Shown here piece after piece: positions 47,340 to 59,843 of a stretch of DNA of 64,000 nt. Where the stretch lies: positions 202,828-266,827 of the forward strand of contig NW_015164198.1 of the NCBI RefSeq assembly GCF_001447785.1. Direction: 5' to 3'. The stretch is from Gekko japonicus. Taxonomy: Eukaryota. The position numbers were made by a program, and so were the translations under genes. The notes beneath the pieces were generated by a model. It was not told where the DNA came from. It was given only the letters and a program-made list of their open reading frames with translations, and made no database searches. How positions within the stretch are numbered: position 1 is the first letter of the stretch; each line of letters begins with the position of its first letter.

Positions 47340-48875
47340 CAATCAAATTTATTGGAGAAATGGTCACCCTTCCTAGATTATGCAATGGAATCTGAATCAC
47401 CTATACTAGCTATTTCTTTTTTTTTTTTGTCTTTTAAATTTTTTTTATTTTCTAATCTGCAGAACTACAGGGTCAGGGTAATGGAACAACCTAAAATAAA
47501 GAGTAACAATGATCCAAAATACAGACATATAAAGTTATTGATATGTCTCTGTTATCTTAGTAGTAGAACATGAAGATTACTAATGCAAAAATGTCAAGCA
47601 AGCAATCACAGTCTCTTTAACTAAGGTGTAAATATCATAAAGTTAAAGTTATGAATTAAAAATAAACAACAGGCTAGCAGAGTTAATCTATTTTGCAATT
47701 TCCTTTCCTCTTGTCAAAGTCCAAATAAATTTTTAGTTCTGCTTCAGGGTCAGAGAGTTTTGCCAGACTCTTTGAGATGGTATCACAGCCTTCCCCATCT
47801 TTCTCTTCTTATTATTCTGTGTCTTTGTTCTCCTCCACTTTCTCAGGTCCATCTTCCACTTTCTGTTGTTGCTTCAGGAACATCCACTTTATTTCTTTCT
47901 CGCCAAAATTTCTGTGAGTCCCTTTTGCAACGTATCCAGCTTGACGTTAAGGTTGGTCATCTGGTCCAGTAGATGGCGCACAGCTACAGCAGTCAGATTG
48001 GGAAAGTCTGTGGTTACTTCCGGTCTGGTGACGGGCAATGCTGTGCTGGCAGTTCGTATTATAAGTTTCGCTTTCAACGCCATTTTTTCTGCTCACTGCG
48101 TCATTGTTTATATAAGAGGAAAGTTTAAAAGTTCTCCGTAAGTCTGGAATTTATCACTTTCTTGCTGGTCCACTGCACACTTCATCATAATCCGCTTCCT
48201 TCGAGCCGCCCTTTCAGCCTCCCGCTTTAAACTCAGACATTTCGGGATCGGGCATTCCCCTCTCCCTTCTGCTTGTTTGGGGCTTTGGGGCAGCTTTACT
48301 AGTAACGATTTATCAATTGTTTGCTGGATTATGGCTTCACTCATATTTGTACTTGCGTTCACTTGGTATATAGAGAGAATCGTTTCTCGGGATCCTTATA
48401 CGCTCTGTCCAGTGTGTGCCTCTTGGTGCCATGCTGGCTCCATGTCGCGGGGGCCTATCGGGGCAAAAAGGTCCCTCAATCCTTTGGCTTCTGCCTTGGG
48501 AGAGGCACCTCTCATGCCCCAGGCTGAGACCCCCCTACAAGGGGTCTGGGGGGTCCAAGATCAACTCGGACCCCCCCATTGGCATGTTTGCAAGGCGTTC
48601 ACATCAGAGCTGTGATGGAGCACACCCGTTCTGTGAGTCGCCGAAACCGGAAGTCTCCTATACTAGCTATTCCTAATCAATATAAATGTATAGCATTATT
48701 TTAATAATTTTATATACTGAATTTAAGAATGAAAAACTTCTATAGATTTTATTATTACCAATGTTTACATTTTAAGGTGTGCTTTGTTAATATTGTGAAT
48801 TTTGTATTGTGAATCTTGATACATCTTTTTGTATTGTATTGCATTGGAAAACTTAAAACAGGGTTTTTTTAAAAA
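47340..48875 (+). mobile_element. Extreme 3' end of an L1/Tx1 LINE (47340-47414 plus 48672-48875), split by the 47415-48656 insertion
   Basis: KFIGEM/LEKWSPFLDY resembles the ORF2 terminal W.PF..Y motif; an AT-rich 3' UTR continues after the TSD. Confidence 0.6.
47415..48656 (-). mobile_element. Full-span ORF2-less L1-like retroelement (5' UTR, ORF1-like remnant, 3' UTR, A-tail)
   Basis: 15-bp TSD CCTATACTAGCTATT at 47400-47414 and 48657-48671. Starts GACTTCCGGTTTCGGCG with a CpG-rich 5' UTR. Heptad-like ORF 47889-48083, then FLKQQ plus an acidic tail in another frame; poly(A) at 47415-47429. Confidence 0.8.
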
Positions 48876-49191
48876 GTATGAAACTTCCCACACCGCACTG
48901 TAGTGGCAATTTGTGGAAGACGACTGTAGTTTTGAGGAGATAGTAGTGAGCCACAGATTTCTCCATTTGGGCCCAAAGATGTCTGTTAGACCTTAGAGAG
49001 TTACTGGCACTGAAGCTACTCTCTCTAAAAATATATATCTGTTCACCTTTCTTTCACTAATGCACATGGAGAGGAGTTGTTTAGATGTTAGTCTCATGTA
49101 CCTGGCACTGGACTGTGGAGACTTCAGGAATTCTTTGTACCAGACACTTGTACCACTTATGTTTATCAGTTGACATTGGAATGTTTCAAAA

Positions 49192-49850
49192 GTTTATTAC
49201 GGTCATAAGACCAGCCACAATAGGTACAGATAAAAGAGCAATTTATAAGTTTTAAAATGGATAAATACACAAAAAGTAAGAACATGTGTGTATATATCAA
49301 ACTAGTAAAAAACACACTCACTTCATTAATTTATTTCCCAGCAACTGACATTTCCTTTTTCAAGTGATACCACTTTCTGAGTGCTATCACACAGAATTTT
49401 GCTACTGCGTATGAAATAGTTCTCTGGCTATCATCTAATAGATATATCCAAAGGGTTTCAGGGCTAAAATCTATATAATACTGTAGTGGTTTGAATCTAC
49501 AGAGTAATGGGATAATTAATTGTAACCTTTCTTCTTGATAAAATTTGCAGTGCAAAAATATATGTGTGACAGATTCAACCACTTTATTTGAACAGGGACA
49601 GCAATGCTGCTGCAAGGGCAGGTGGGAGCATCTCTCATACAAAACTGCAGAAGGAAATGTGTCAAACTGTGCTCTAGAGAAGACCCATCTGCATCTTTTG
49701 TTTGTAATATCCGAAAGATATGGGGATGCAGTGTAGCTCAGTCCTTTTCTTAGGCTTTTATAATTTGAAGGAAGCATTACTTCATCATTTTGGAACTCTA
49801 TATGAATTAGTCTTTGGGTGAATGTATAACTTTCTTCCAAGGCCAGGTAT
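49192..49850 (-). mobile_element. RTE-X-like LINE 3' end
   Basis: YLSDITNKRCRWVFSRAQFDTFPSAVL...CPC...ESVTHIFLHCKFYQEER (CCHC-like knuckle); 3' end GCTGGTCTTATGACCGTAATAAA. Confidence 0.75.
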
Positions 49851-50535
49851 AGGGATGACATGCATGCACACACACAGCTAATAGTCAAAGAGTTACATCC
49901 CCCCCAAAAAAACATCGACTCAGGCTCAACTGCGGAGCAGCACTGAGCACACCAGCCAACATCTGGAGTCTGCCTGCTGTGATTTGGGGTTCCTACAGCT
50001 CTATTGTATTCTCTGTTAATTCCTGTACTTTGTTGATATCTCGCTATTATAAAGGTTTCAATAAAACCTTTTCCCTTCACCATTGGTGTGCTTATTGTCC
50101 TCAAATCTCTTGGGGGGGGAATCCCTCTTGGCAAAACACCCGTAAAATGAACAATTTTTCCTCCTCGTTACTGTGATTGTAGAGGGGAGTGGGCAGCAGT
50201 ACAGAGGGATGATTTTCACCCACTCAAAGTGATGTGGCTTTGTGACATAGCCATGCAACTAAAATTAGTTATTTCCTTATGGTGTAATCTCATCAGACTG
50301 TTTACATAATCCTTTATTGTCTGGCTTGATTTAGCAAATAGACCACTATTCTTTTTGTAGTTTGAATGGTGCCAATTGCTGCTGATTGGGGATAGATGCC
50401 ATGGTTAACAAGAAGACAAATGACATTCTCTCACACACACAAATAGGAAGAGATTTTGTGAAACTTTTCTACCTCATCTCCTCTTCCTTACCCCACTTTT
50501 TGTGGGCGGGGATTTACCACAGCTTCTCTTATAAT

Positions 50536-50881
50536 TAGGGATGAACCACAAAGCAAAATTCATCATGATTTTTGTCCTGTTCATGGTTCGCAAACTTCCA
50601 CATACTTTTAAAGCAGTTTGTGGCAGTTTGTTGCAGCTCGTGTCTACAGCAGAAAGCAGGGGTTTAAAGGGACTCCAAGTCCCTGTATACCCTTGTTTTC
50701 TGTTCTATGCGAAAGCTGCAAAAACTGCTGACTGTAGTCCCTTTCAGTGGGGTTTCTGGGGGCCACAAACCAAGAACCATTGCAGTTCACAAACAAACCT
50801 CCCAGTTCAGTCTGTTTTGTGGTTCAGACATAAACTACGAACTAATACAAACCTCTTTTTTCCAGTTTGTGCCCATCCCTA
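50536..50881. mobile_element. hAT MITE (TAGGGATG TIR)
   Basis: TAGGGATG...CATCCCTA; 8-bp TSD CTTATAAT/GTTATAAT. Confidence 0.8.
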
Positions 50882-51859
50882 GTTATAATAAAATGAGAAA
50901 ATTTGAGGGAAAAGGTGAAGATTTTTGTGTTGGTGAGTCACTGGAATGGGGAATATGATGTCTAATTCCTACATACTTACCTTCAGTGGTCAATTCTAAC
51001 CCTTTTAAATAGAAGTACGCAACCCACAGTCATGGTCTTACCACTCAGGTTTTGTCCTGACAACATGAAAAAGTCACTGACATACAGGGGGAGCAGGTTT
51101 GAGTTTGGTAGAATCTGTAAGACAGCTGTCACGGTGTTTGCGCACTGTAAAGAGGAGGTCAAAGACCTTGTATGGTCTTAATAAACAGAACCAACTGACT
51201 TCATATGTATTTTGGCACTAATATGTGCCCTATGGCATCATTTCCTGAGGTTTAGTACAATATTAATAATAAAAAAGGCTATTCCAGATTACATCGAAAT
51301 CAGCATGGGGGGGGCATGCTTTCTGCTCAAACAGAAAATATTAAATTCAGTGGAATAAGGTACAGCTGCTGATAGCTTTGCTTTGAAATGGCCGAATGCA
51401 CACAAATCCTCACTTTGAGTTGAGGTTTGCTTCTTTTTTCCCCCTTCTTCTACTTTTCTCATTAGGTTGTTTGAAAGAAGAGAAACCATGGCTGGGGTTG
51501 GGAAACAGAGGAAAAAAAGACCTGATCAGGTTCAGGAGCTCAATAAAGCACATGCCAGCAATAAATCCTGGTTTAGCCTTTGGCTTTTAAACACCCTGAA
51601 TTCATTACCTTTATTTGTCCAACCACTCTTAAGATGTTGTGACAACAAATTAGGCTCGGATTTAAATTAGAGGAAAAAATCACAGGGCAATTGGCATTCT
51701 CACATCAGGTCTTTCCTTTCTGTCATAAGAATGACTGGCTGTGGTACAAGTCTTGCAACTTGCCCATCAGAACTTTAATTCCTGTTTCCTATCCCTATGT
51801 TTGTATTAGTTTTATCAGTAGTAATAAGTGATGTAATGTTTAAAAATGCAAACAACAGT

Positions 51860-52035
51860 TATGCCTCAATGGTAGAGTAACTGCATGGAGTAGCACCCAG
51901 GTTCAATTCCAGGCATAAGCAGTTAAAAGGATCAGGTGAAAGACTTCCATCAGAGTCCCTGGATGCCACCGCTGGTCAGAGTAGACAATACTGATAGACA
52001 ATAGTCTGACTCAGTATAAAAGAACATCATGTATT
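51860..52035 (+). mobile_element. tRNA-derived SINE, degenerate
   Basis: CTCAATGGTAGAG...CCAGGTTCAATTCC...GTCAGAGTAGACAATACTGA...TCTGACTCAGTATAA. Confidence 0.7.
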
Positions 52036-53544
52036 CATTTAAATCATCAATTTATATCTACCTTGACCCGTCTTGTATTACAATCCATTGGGAGCTCAAT
52101 AATTCTTCTGATTCACTACCTCAGTCTGCAAAGACAGGATGTTTCTCAAGTGTCTGGATGACCAAACACATATTGGAGGAGCTGCCTTGGGCTTGGAGGT
52201 TCACAACTTGTAGAAGGCCCCCTCCAAGGAGAAGTATTTGAAAAAGATTAATTAACACATTGATTCTTCCCTATATCTTCAGAACAAACCCACCCCTTCC
52301 CCTGTCATAAAACCAAGTAATACATTTCAGGAAAAGGAAAAGGAAAATCTCTGAGATCTTTTTCTCTCTGAAAAAAGGAGCAGTATTGGATGTTTAGCAA
52401 TGTTTGATAAATGAACAAAACAGTAGTAATAAATTGTGTTTGCTTTGAGTGTTCAGATAACTGAATTATTTCTAAATGTTGCAAACAGGTTCCTTGTGTA
52501 TGGCTACTTTTCACGATCCTCTCTAGGGGAATGATCTATGGTCCACTGCTCTTTGTGCCACTAAAATTTTATTAGTCCACTCCATATTGGCAAACTCATT
52601 GACACAGAGGGTCATGTCACAAAACGAGAAGATTAAAAATTGCCCTTTGTCTGTCTTCTTAGTATGTAGTGATGCAGAGTTCCACACTGGGGGAGAGTAG
52701 ATAATTTCAAAGGAATCCAATGAAAATGAGATAAGCAGAGTAGGCACTACATTATTTGAGTTGAAGGAGTGATGCTGCCAATGCCCTCAACCAAAGATCA
52801 TTGGTGCATACTTCCTGAGGAGGCAACTGGAATAATGATGTGATGTTGTGGTTAAAGTGGTAGACTAGGACCAGAAATACCTAGGCTCAAAATTCCACTT
52901 TTCCATGAAGACTCTGGGTAACTTTAGACATTTATGGCTAAGTCGTACATTTCTGAAAACTTCATGGTACTTTGGGGGTTTTTTTTTAAGAAGGACCTCT
53001 TCCAGTTCCCTACTCCCATTGCAGATCCCCATTTTCCCCTCTGTGCAAAAAGTGAGATGTGCTCCCAGGAACAAAATTAAGGGAGTCAATATATATTACA
53101 CTAAGGAAAGCCCCTGAATAGTTGTATATACCCCTTTCTCTTAATAAAACCCAACTCACAGGATTTTTGTGAGGATAAAACAGCGGATAACCAAGTTTTC
53201 TGCCATTAACTAGTGTTACATACCGCAAGGTGGAGCCTAGAATTTTGGCAACCCTACTGTGAACTCCTCATTAAAATGAAAGGACTTTTTTTAAAAAATG
53301 CTAAATAATATATTGCAGCCTCATTGTCCAGTCAGTTAATGGAGCTAGTATTAGTAACTGCGCTGATGTGAGTAACATGCATACTGGATGGGGGATCTAT
53401 TAGCATTGGCCTCCCCTAGTGCACTTCCATCTTATATTGTTTCTTAGTCATCTGTCCACCTCCTGCTGTATTAGTTACCATCTACTGTGCATGTATGTGG
53501 AGCTGACTAGGAAAAGTGGCATTAAATGGCACCATAAATGATAT

Positions 53545-53695
53545 TATACTTAAATTTTAACAATTATTAATATTATGTTTAATTATGTTAATGTATTGTG
53601 TTTTATCATATTGTTGTAATTCACCCTGAGCCTTGCACTGCAGGGGCAGGTGGGCTAGAATTCAAATAAAATAAAATCAATCAATCAATAAATGC
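53545..53695 (+). mobile_element. L2-type 3' tail
   Basis: TTGTAATTCACCCTGAGCC...GGGCAGGTGGGCTAGAATTCAAATAAAATAAA. Confidence 0.55.
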
Positions 53696-54657
53696 ATAAA
53701 ACAACAGGACCCCAAAGCAGGTCCTTTCTCTATGCATGAACACTGCAGACACCATTTTTTCAATGGACAGCCAATTCCAGAGTCTGCGGCAGTAGTGATT
53801 AAAGAGACGGGCACCAAAATCACACAGAACTAAAGACTCCCTTTCCTCTCAAGACCCCCCCCCCCCCCCACAACCCCCCCCCCCCCCGTGTGTTCCTCCC
53901 TTGCAAGGAACTGATTGGAAGGAAGGATGCCATTGCCTGGGAAACCAGTGGAATCAAAGAACATGCTACATTCCCTCTCTGTAGCTTCTCTGGAAAGGTA
54001 ATAAACTGGGAGTGCTATACTGCACCTCTCCCCTGCCATCCAATTGGTAGGAATGATACTTGCCATTGCCTGGGAAAGGAAGTGGAATTATCACATGCAC
54101 ATGATCCTGCTGGCTTGGTAAGCACCCAAACTTGAAAACAACATGGATTTTGGGAGAGGATAGTTTCATTTCCTAATACTGTTCCAGAAAACCACTGTAA
54201 CTACCTCCATCAGTGATTTTCATGTATCTTTTTGGCTCCAGAATTCTGTTTTACACACCCCTAGTAGCAACCCTACCTGATCTCTAGACATCTTGAGTCT
54301 TTATGAAGCTGCAATGATTCTCCAGGGGACTGCAGATAAGAGGTGGTATTCTGTTTTAGGCTGGAGGAAGTTTTTCCAAGCTAAGAGGTTCATCCAGATC
54401 TACTGAAGTCAAAGGACATTTCCTTCTCCTGGAGAAAGACTTCAAACATTGCTTCCTGGAATGGTAGGATACAGGCCAATATAATAAATAACTGATCATG
54501 AAGTGGTAACAGTTGGTGAAAGTGGCTATCTTCATGCTTGCTACCAATCTATATATCTACTTCTCAAAATGGCCACATCTATGGATACTTAAATCTGGAG
54601 ACTGGAGCCATAAACAGACAAAAGATATCTTTCTATAAACCTGAGAATAGCCCCAAG

Positions 54658-54851
54658 CAGTGTTCCCTCTAAGATGAGTTAGTGTGAGCTAGCTCACCAT
54701 TTCTTAGCCTCCTGCTCACACATTTTTGTCTTCGCTCAGGAAGGATGGCTCCAGAGCCAACTGATTTATGCAGTAGTCAAATCGCTTGCTCACAACTTTA
54801 ATGCCAGTAGCTCACAAAGTAGAATTTTTGCTCGGGTTAGAGGGAGCATTG
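54658..54851. mobile_element. hAT MITE (CAGTGTTCCCTCTAA TIR)
   Basis: CAGTGTTCCCTCTAA...TTAGAGGGAGCATTG; 8-bp TSD GCCCCAAG at 54650-54657 and 54852-54859. Confidence 0.9.
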
Positions 54852-55719
54852 GCCCCAAGTTTTCGGAAAAATCTGAAATCTTTTTAAAACTGTCCAAAAC
54901 TTGTACTTTTAAGAAGCAAATACTCTCTTCAGTGGCCATTGTGTTGGTTGTTAAGCAACCACAACACTATAGCCAGCCTTCAAGCTTTGGTTTATTAGCA
55001 AAAGGTGGGGGGCAGGACCCATTCCAGGCCTGTTCTGGCCTTTAAGGGAAAGGAAAGCAGAAATAGTGGGGAAGGTCCCTTGCTTATTTATTCTGTTAAA
55101 AATTTCAAAGTGTTCTGATGCTTTTCTACATAGTTTAATAGTCTCCAGTGTTTTTAGTTTGCCATGGATAAGGATTCTCTGTGTTCTCTGTTTAAATTAA
55201 CCAAGGAGACTTAAGAAGCACTGTGCTGCAGTTAAAAGTACAGGCCACAGAAATTTCTGTCTAAAATTACCATGGGAATTGTGGCAGAATGGGCCTGCTC
55301 TGGCCTGCAGGCCATCTCACCCTGCCCTCCAAGGTTATCCCAACACCTGAAGAGGCTTTTCTTTCTCTCTCAAGTAGCCCACCACCACTTTGCAGGAATT
55401 GCCCACTGAGAAGGTCATGACTCCCAGCTTCCCTTCCAAGTCCTGCAGCATTGCCTCTGTGCCTCCTGTTGCCCAGTGCCTCATCACCACAGCAATGGTT
55501 TACTGCCTTGGAGGAATAGCCACTGACCACCTGTTGACATTTTTCCTGGTGGTCCTTTTAAAATAGTGTGTCTGGGATGGTGGAGGCCTATGTGGTATGG
55601 AGAACCACTACCAGCATCCAGAATTATAAAGTATTTATTAAAGAGAAAATGTTTACAAGCATACTTTCAGCACAGCACCAGATTGAGCAAGGGATTCAAA
55701 AGAAATGGGCAAAGTACAT

Positions 55720-55722
<3 letters not shown>

Positions 55723-55750
<28 letters not shown>
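55723..55750. repeat. (CT)n microsatellite
   Basis: Seen directly. Confidence 0.9.
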
Positions 55751-55753
<3 letters not shown>

Positions 55754-56752
55754 CTGTCAGTTGTTGGAATATAGGATAGGCTCCTTAGTTTAGGATGTTA
55801 TAGATCTCTACAGAGTTACCATTACCTTGAACATGGTCAAAATGGCTGCCTCCTCAGTTAAGAGTTCTGTCTACTCTCATAGACTCCACACCAATCAAAG
55901 AGACCTTCCTCCTTGCTTTCCTGAATTTTATCACCTCTCTTTTCCCCATCCACTGACCAGGTCAGGCCAGGTCAGACAAGTGTTCCCCAGACCTCCTTCC
56001 TGGAGATTATTCCTAGAGCCTTTCTAGTATAAAGTCTTCCAAATCTCTGTTCTCTGCTTGGAGAAGGGGGAGAGCTTGACCCACCCATTATCTCCCCTAC
56101 TAGATCTATTAGCATTTGTATGAAGGTGGGCTGAGGAACGTCTGGAAAGCAATTGAACTGATATCCCTCCTTCCTGCCTGTTCCTTGCCCGAAAGGGGAA
56201 AAACAAAACTTTTAAAACTCAGAGCAAGGGTTTTGCTCATTTCAAACCTCCAAAGAAAAATACATTTCTTCACAACAATCATGAATAGCACAGTACAGGG
56301 GGTTTATTCTTGTTAGGTGGGAAAAGAGAACATAATATACTTTATATTATGGCAATTAACTCCACAGTTCACCATTGTGTAGTGTGGTTTAATTAAAAAA
56401 ATAAACAAGAAAACTATACACTGTATCAAAAGCAACCTAATTGGAATCAATCTATAAACTAAATTGCCCCCAAAGTTGGAAAGTTCCAGCCATTTTCATA
56501 CTTAGAGGGCATGAAAAAAAGTATATTATAGAGGGAAAAATTAATTAAAAGTGAAACATTTCACTGAGCTCAGCGGCCAACCTCTAAAGCTAATAACATT
56601 GTGCCCCAGGCAACTTTGTAAAAATTATTTGTGTGTTTAACCAGCATCTCTTCTATTATCTCTGATTTGTGACAAACCAATCTTTCAGCATTTGCCTGCT
56701 TCCCTCAATGATCATACCTCCCATTGACACCCACAATTTGGAAGTATGTTCT

Positions 56753-56809
<57 letters not shown>
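56753..56809. repeat. Compound (TG)n(AG)n microsatellite
   Basis: Seen directly. Confidence 0.9.
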
Positions 56810-56814
<5 letters not shown>

Positions 56815-56903
56815 CATTACATTGTATTGGTGACACTCAATATAAACAAGTCATTCACTCAATAGTAGTGAGCAGAAGCAATTCTAACCATCACAAATAG
56901 ATG

Positions 56904-57033
56904 NNNNNNNNNNNNNNNNNNNNNNNNNNNNNNNNNNNNNNNNNNNNNNNNNNNNNNNNNNNNNNNNNNNNNNNNNNNNNNNNNNNNNNNNNNNNNNNNN
57001 NNNNNNNNNNNNNNNNNNNNNNNNNNNNNNNNN
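56904..57033. other. Assembly gap (130 N)
   Basis: Run of N. Confidence 1.
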
Positions 57034-58180
57034 ATGAATATATATGTTCATTAGCATGCTTCCCAGAGCACTTCACAAATTGTCTTGTAAGGAATACTAT
57101 TCTGGTTCATTTTATTATCACTGAGAAGGGATTACTGATCAGTTTTAATGACAGTTGGAAGCCAAAGAAGATGACAGTACTAGAAGCAAAGTACTGTATT
57201 ATGCTTAGAGGACTGTGAGCAGTGTGGGACAGTAAACAATCTAGATTCAAGTCATTGATGAATGAGAACAAATTCTAACTCGATTGCTGACAGAACAAGG
57301 AACAAAATGATGATGTCTGAACAAAGGAACAGAGGCAGGAGGGATCCTTTGTCCCATATGTGAAGCAGGTGGTTTTAAGCAGGTTGAATGCTGGGCTGGT
57401 CAAAACCCATATACCTTTGGGTGACCATCCAATGGGGAAGTGTACAATTCTCCTCCTTACTACAACCCTTGTCCCACTTGGCTTTTGTCCATGCATGTTT
57501 CATGATTGGTTTATTTAAAATACTTACGTACCCACTTTTCTGTTGAGCATCTCCGGCTCCAATGCTGCACAGCCTTTTTGGGTGATCAGAGACTCCTCCA
57601 ACTATTTTCATTTCAGAAAAGCAGATGTTTGCCAATTGAACTCACTTTGCTAGCAAAGTCCACTTAACTATCAAATCAAACACTTCACCAGATCACTTCA
57701 ATGATTTGCTTGCAGTTCAAAATGAGGAGCACTTTGAGTAGTTTTGTGTCTGACCAGTAACAGCTTTAAACATATTGGCTGGCAGAGTAGCCCCTGTTGG
57801 TTCATGCTCATAATTTACTGGCCGGATTGGATTATGCATGCTCCACTCTTACCACTGGGCAGCTCATGTACTTCTCCGGGTACCCTCCACCCAATATTAA
57901 GCACTTTTTAGTCTTTACAGTTAACCTGTGTATAACTCTTCATAGAAGAGAAAAAGAGCAGGGTGCAGTAGATAATATCCTATAACTTACAACAACTATG
58001 TTTAGTTTGAAGTGCTGTCTGTTAAAAGATGCTGTCATCCTACCCCCCCTCCCTATTATTACAAAAATCTTTACTGAGCTCTGTCACCACCCATCTATCC
58101 ACCAACAGGGGCACATATAATACAACTCACAATGCCCTTTCTGCTTTTTTTTCTGAAAGAAGATCCGGGATTGCATTTTT

Positions 58181-59843
58181 ATTTTTTTAAAGCCCCCGGA
58201 GGGGATTTTTTATTGATTTTTTTATAACTACAAAAAACTACAACAGAAAAAGGGGAGGGGGAATACTACACATACGGGAGAAAGTAAAATACCCACTACT
58301 ATCTAAAAACCCAAGAAAGGAGATCCTCCAACTAGCTTTGATACATCAAGTCTTCTCATCGTTGTTCCTTTTATAAACTGAGTCAAACATTTAAAACCTT
58401 TTACCCTTAGAGTTTACATTTAACTGTCTAGTAACAGTACCCCCAATCATCCCCAAGAACCAAAGTTCTCAAAGGTACAATTCAGAGTCCTTCAGCCTTT
58501 ACTACTTCTTTTCCCTTCTCTTCCGCAACTTGTAGGGACTTTTCGGGGCTGCTGCTCCCTGCTCAGACAGAGAGTCCTCGCCAGAAGAACCAGTTTCCAG
58601 CTCGCCACTGGACCTACTGTCCTCTTCCTTTTTCTCGTCCTCTGACCTTCCCAGCTGTTCCTTTAGGAATTCTTGAGCTTTCAGAACAGTCTCCCCTGCT
58701 TTCAGGGGTGTTGCAGCCACCGCTTTCAGGATAGCATCCCTGACGTGCCTCTTCGAGAATCTTACTACAATTTCCCCAGGCAGATTATTTTTCTTTATAT
58801 ATCCTGAATATGACCTGTAAGCCACATCCATGTTGTTGAGTAGCGATTCTGCCTTCATTTCTGTTACTGGGGCTAGTAGCTCACTCATCAGTTCTTTAAG
58901 ATTCTCTCCTCTGTTCTCTGGCACACTCTGGAAACGCAGGACCATGTTAGCCTTATCCATTTGAACTTGCAGCATTTGATCTTCCAAGGAAGTTTGTTTC
59001 TTTTCCAACTTTTGCACTTTCTTCTTCACTTTCTGCATTGCTGTGGCCACTTCCTTTACTTTCTCAGCATCCTGCTTCATTATTTGGATCAAGTCAGTTA
59101 TTTGCGTTTGTTGTGCAGTAATACTTTGTGTTACCATGGACATCTGTTCTTTGAAGTTATTCAGCTGTTCCAGTAGAGGGCACATGTAGTCAGCTACAGC
59201 CTTTGCCGTCTCACTGGTCGTTTCCGGCTTTGGGCTCTCCGGTTTTGTTTTCAAAAGTCTTTCTTTGTCCCTCTTCCCCACCATCTTTTTTCATTTGTTT
59301 ACTTTCGCAAAAAATTTTAAAGTCTCTGAATGTGTGCTTGACCGCTTGGCCTCACTTGGGTAAGTACTTCTAGACAGTTTATATCGCATTTCCTCCCGCT
59401 CCCCCCCTCAATCGCTCAAAAATTCATGCACATGGGAGGCATCCCTCCCTCACTCGCTTTTTTCCCGTTCCATCAGGTAGGGTGGGGAGCTACCTTTCCT
59501 CTTTAAACGCTATGAAACTGACTCACATTCATAATCGGTCATTCGACCTCACTTTCATTTCTTTTCTGCCGCATGATCTCCTTCACTCGGCCCGGTCAGT
59601 GTTGCTAAGCCCATTCGGTCTCTCGGCATGGAGAACCGCCGAAACGAAGAGGTGCCTCAATTCTCAGGCATTCTGCCCTCGAAGAGGCAGCCTCTTGAGA
59701 GTTCCCTGGCCAGGGTCCCTTCACCGGGACCCTGGGGGGGGGGTTCGCAAACCTGCGCACTCCCTTCTTCGGCCAGAGCGCAGCCTCACCCCCAGGAGGT
59801 CCGAGAGGTGTGACTGCTAGTGCGCCGCCATAAACCGGAAGTC
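58181..59843 (-). mobile_element. Full-length ORF1-only (half-L1/HAL1-like) retroelement, ~1.66 kb
   Basis: TSD CGGGATTGCATTTTT at 58166-58180 and 59844-59858. Starts GACTTCCGGTTTATGGCGGCG; ~560-bp CpG-rich 5' UTR; ORF1; ~320-bp 3' UTR with AATAAA and an A-tail; no ORF2. Confidence 0.88.
58502..59284 (-). CDS. L1 ORF1p-like protein (coiled coil + RRM, CTD apparently deleted, acidic/basic tail), 260 aa, open
   Basis: Heptad region followed by VLRFQSVPE..GENL, DVAYR, LPGEIVVRFSKRHVRDAIL, equivalent to L1 ORF1 RRM motifs (NLRIIGIPE / AHR / PRHIIVKF). Confidence 0.85.
   Translation of the reverse strand: MVGKRDKERLLKTKPESPKPETTSETAKAVADYMCPLLEQLNNFKEQMSMVTQSITAQQTQITDLIQIMKQDAEKVKEVATAMQKVKKKVQKLEKKQTSLEDQMLQVQMDKANMVLRFQSVPENRGENLKELMSELLAPVTEMKAESLLNNMDVAYRSYSGYIKKNNLPGEIVVRFSKRHVRDAILKAVAATPLKAGETVLKAQEFLKEQLGRSEDEKKEEDSRSSGELETGSSGEDSLSEQGAAAPKSPYKLRKRREKK

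Noticed and set aside
49331-50134. 267-aa ORF as a host gene
   Set aside because: Only the C-terminal ~170 aa are LINE ORF2; the N-terminal part appears to be chance read-through of flank.
56891-57218. ORFs spanning the N-run
   Set aside because: Artefacts of the assembly gap.
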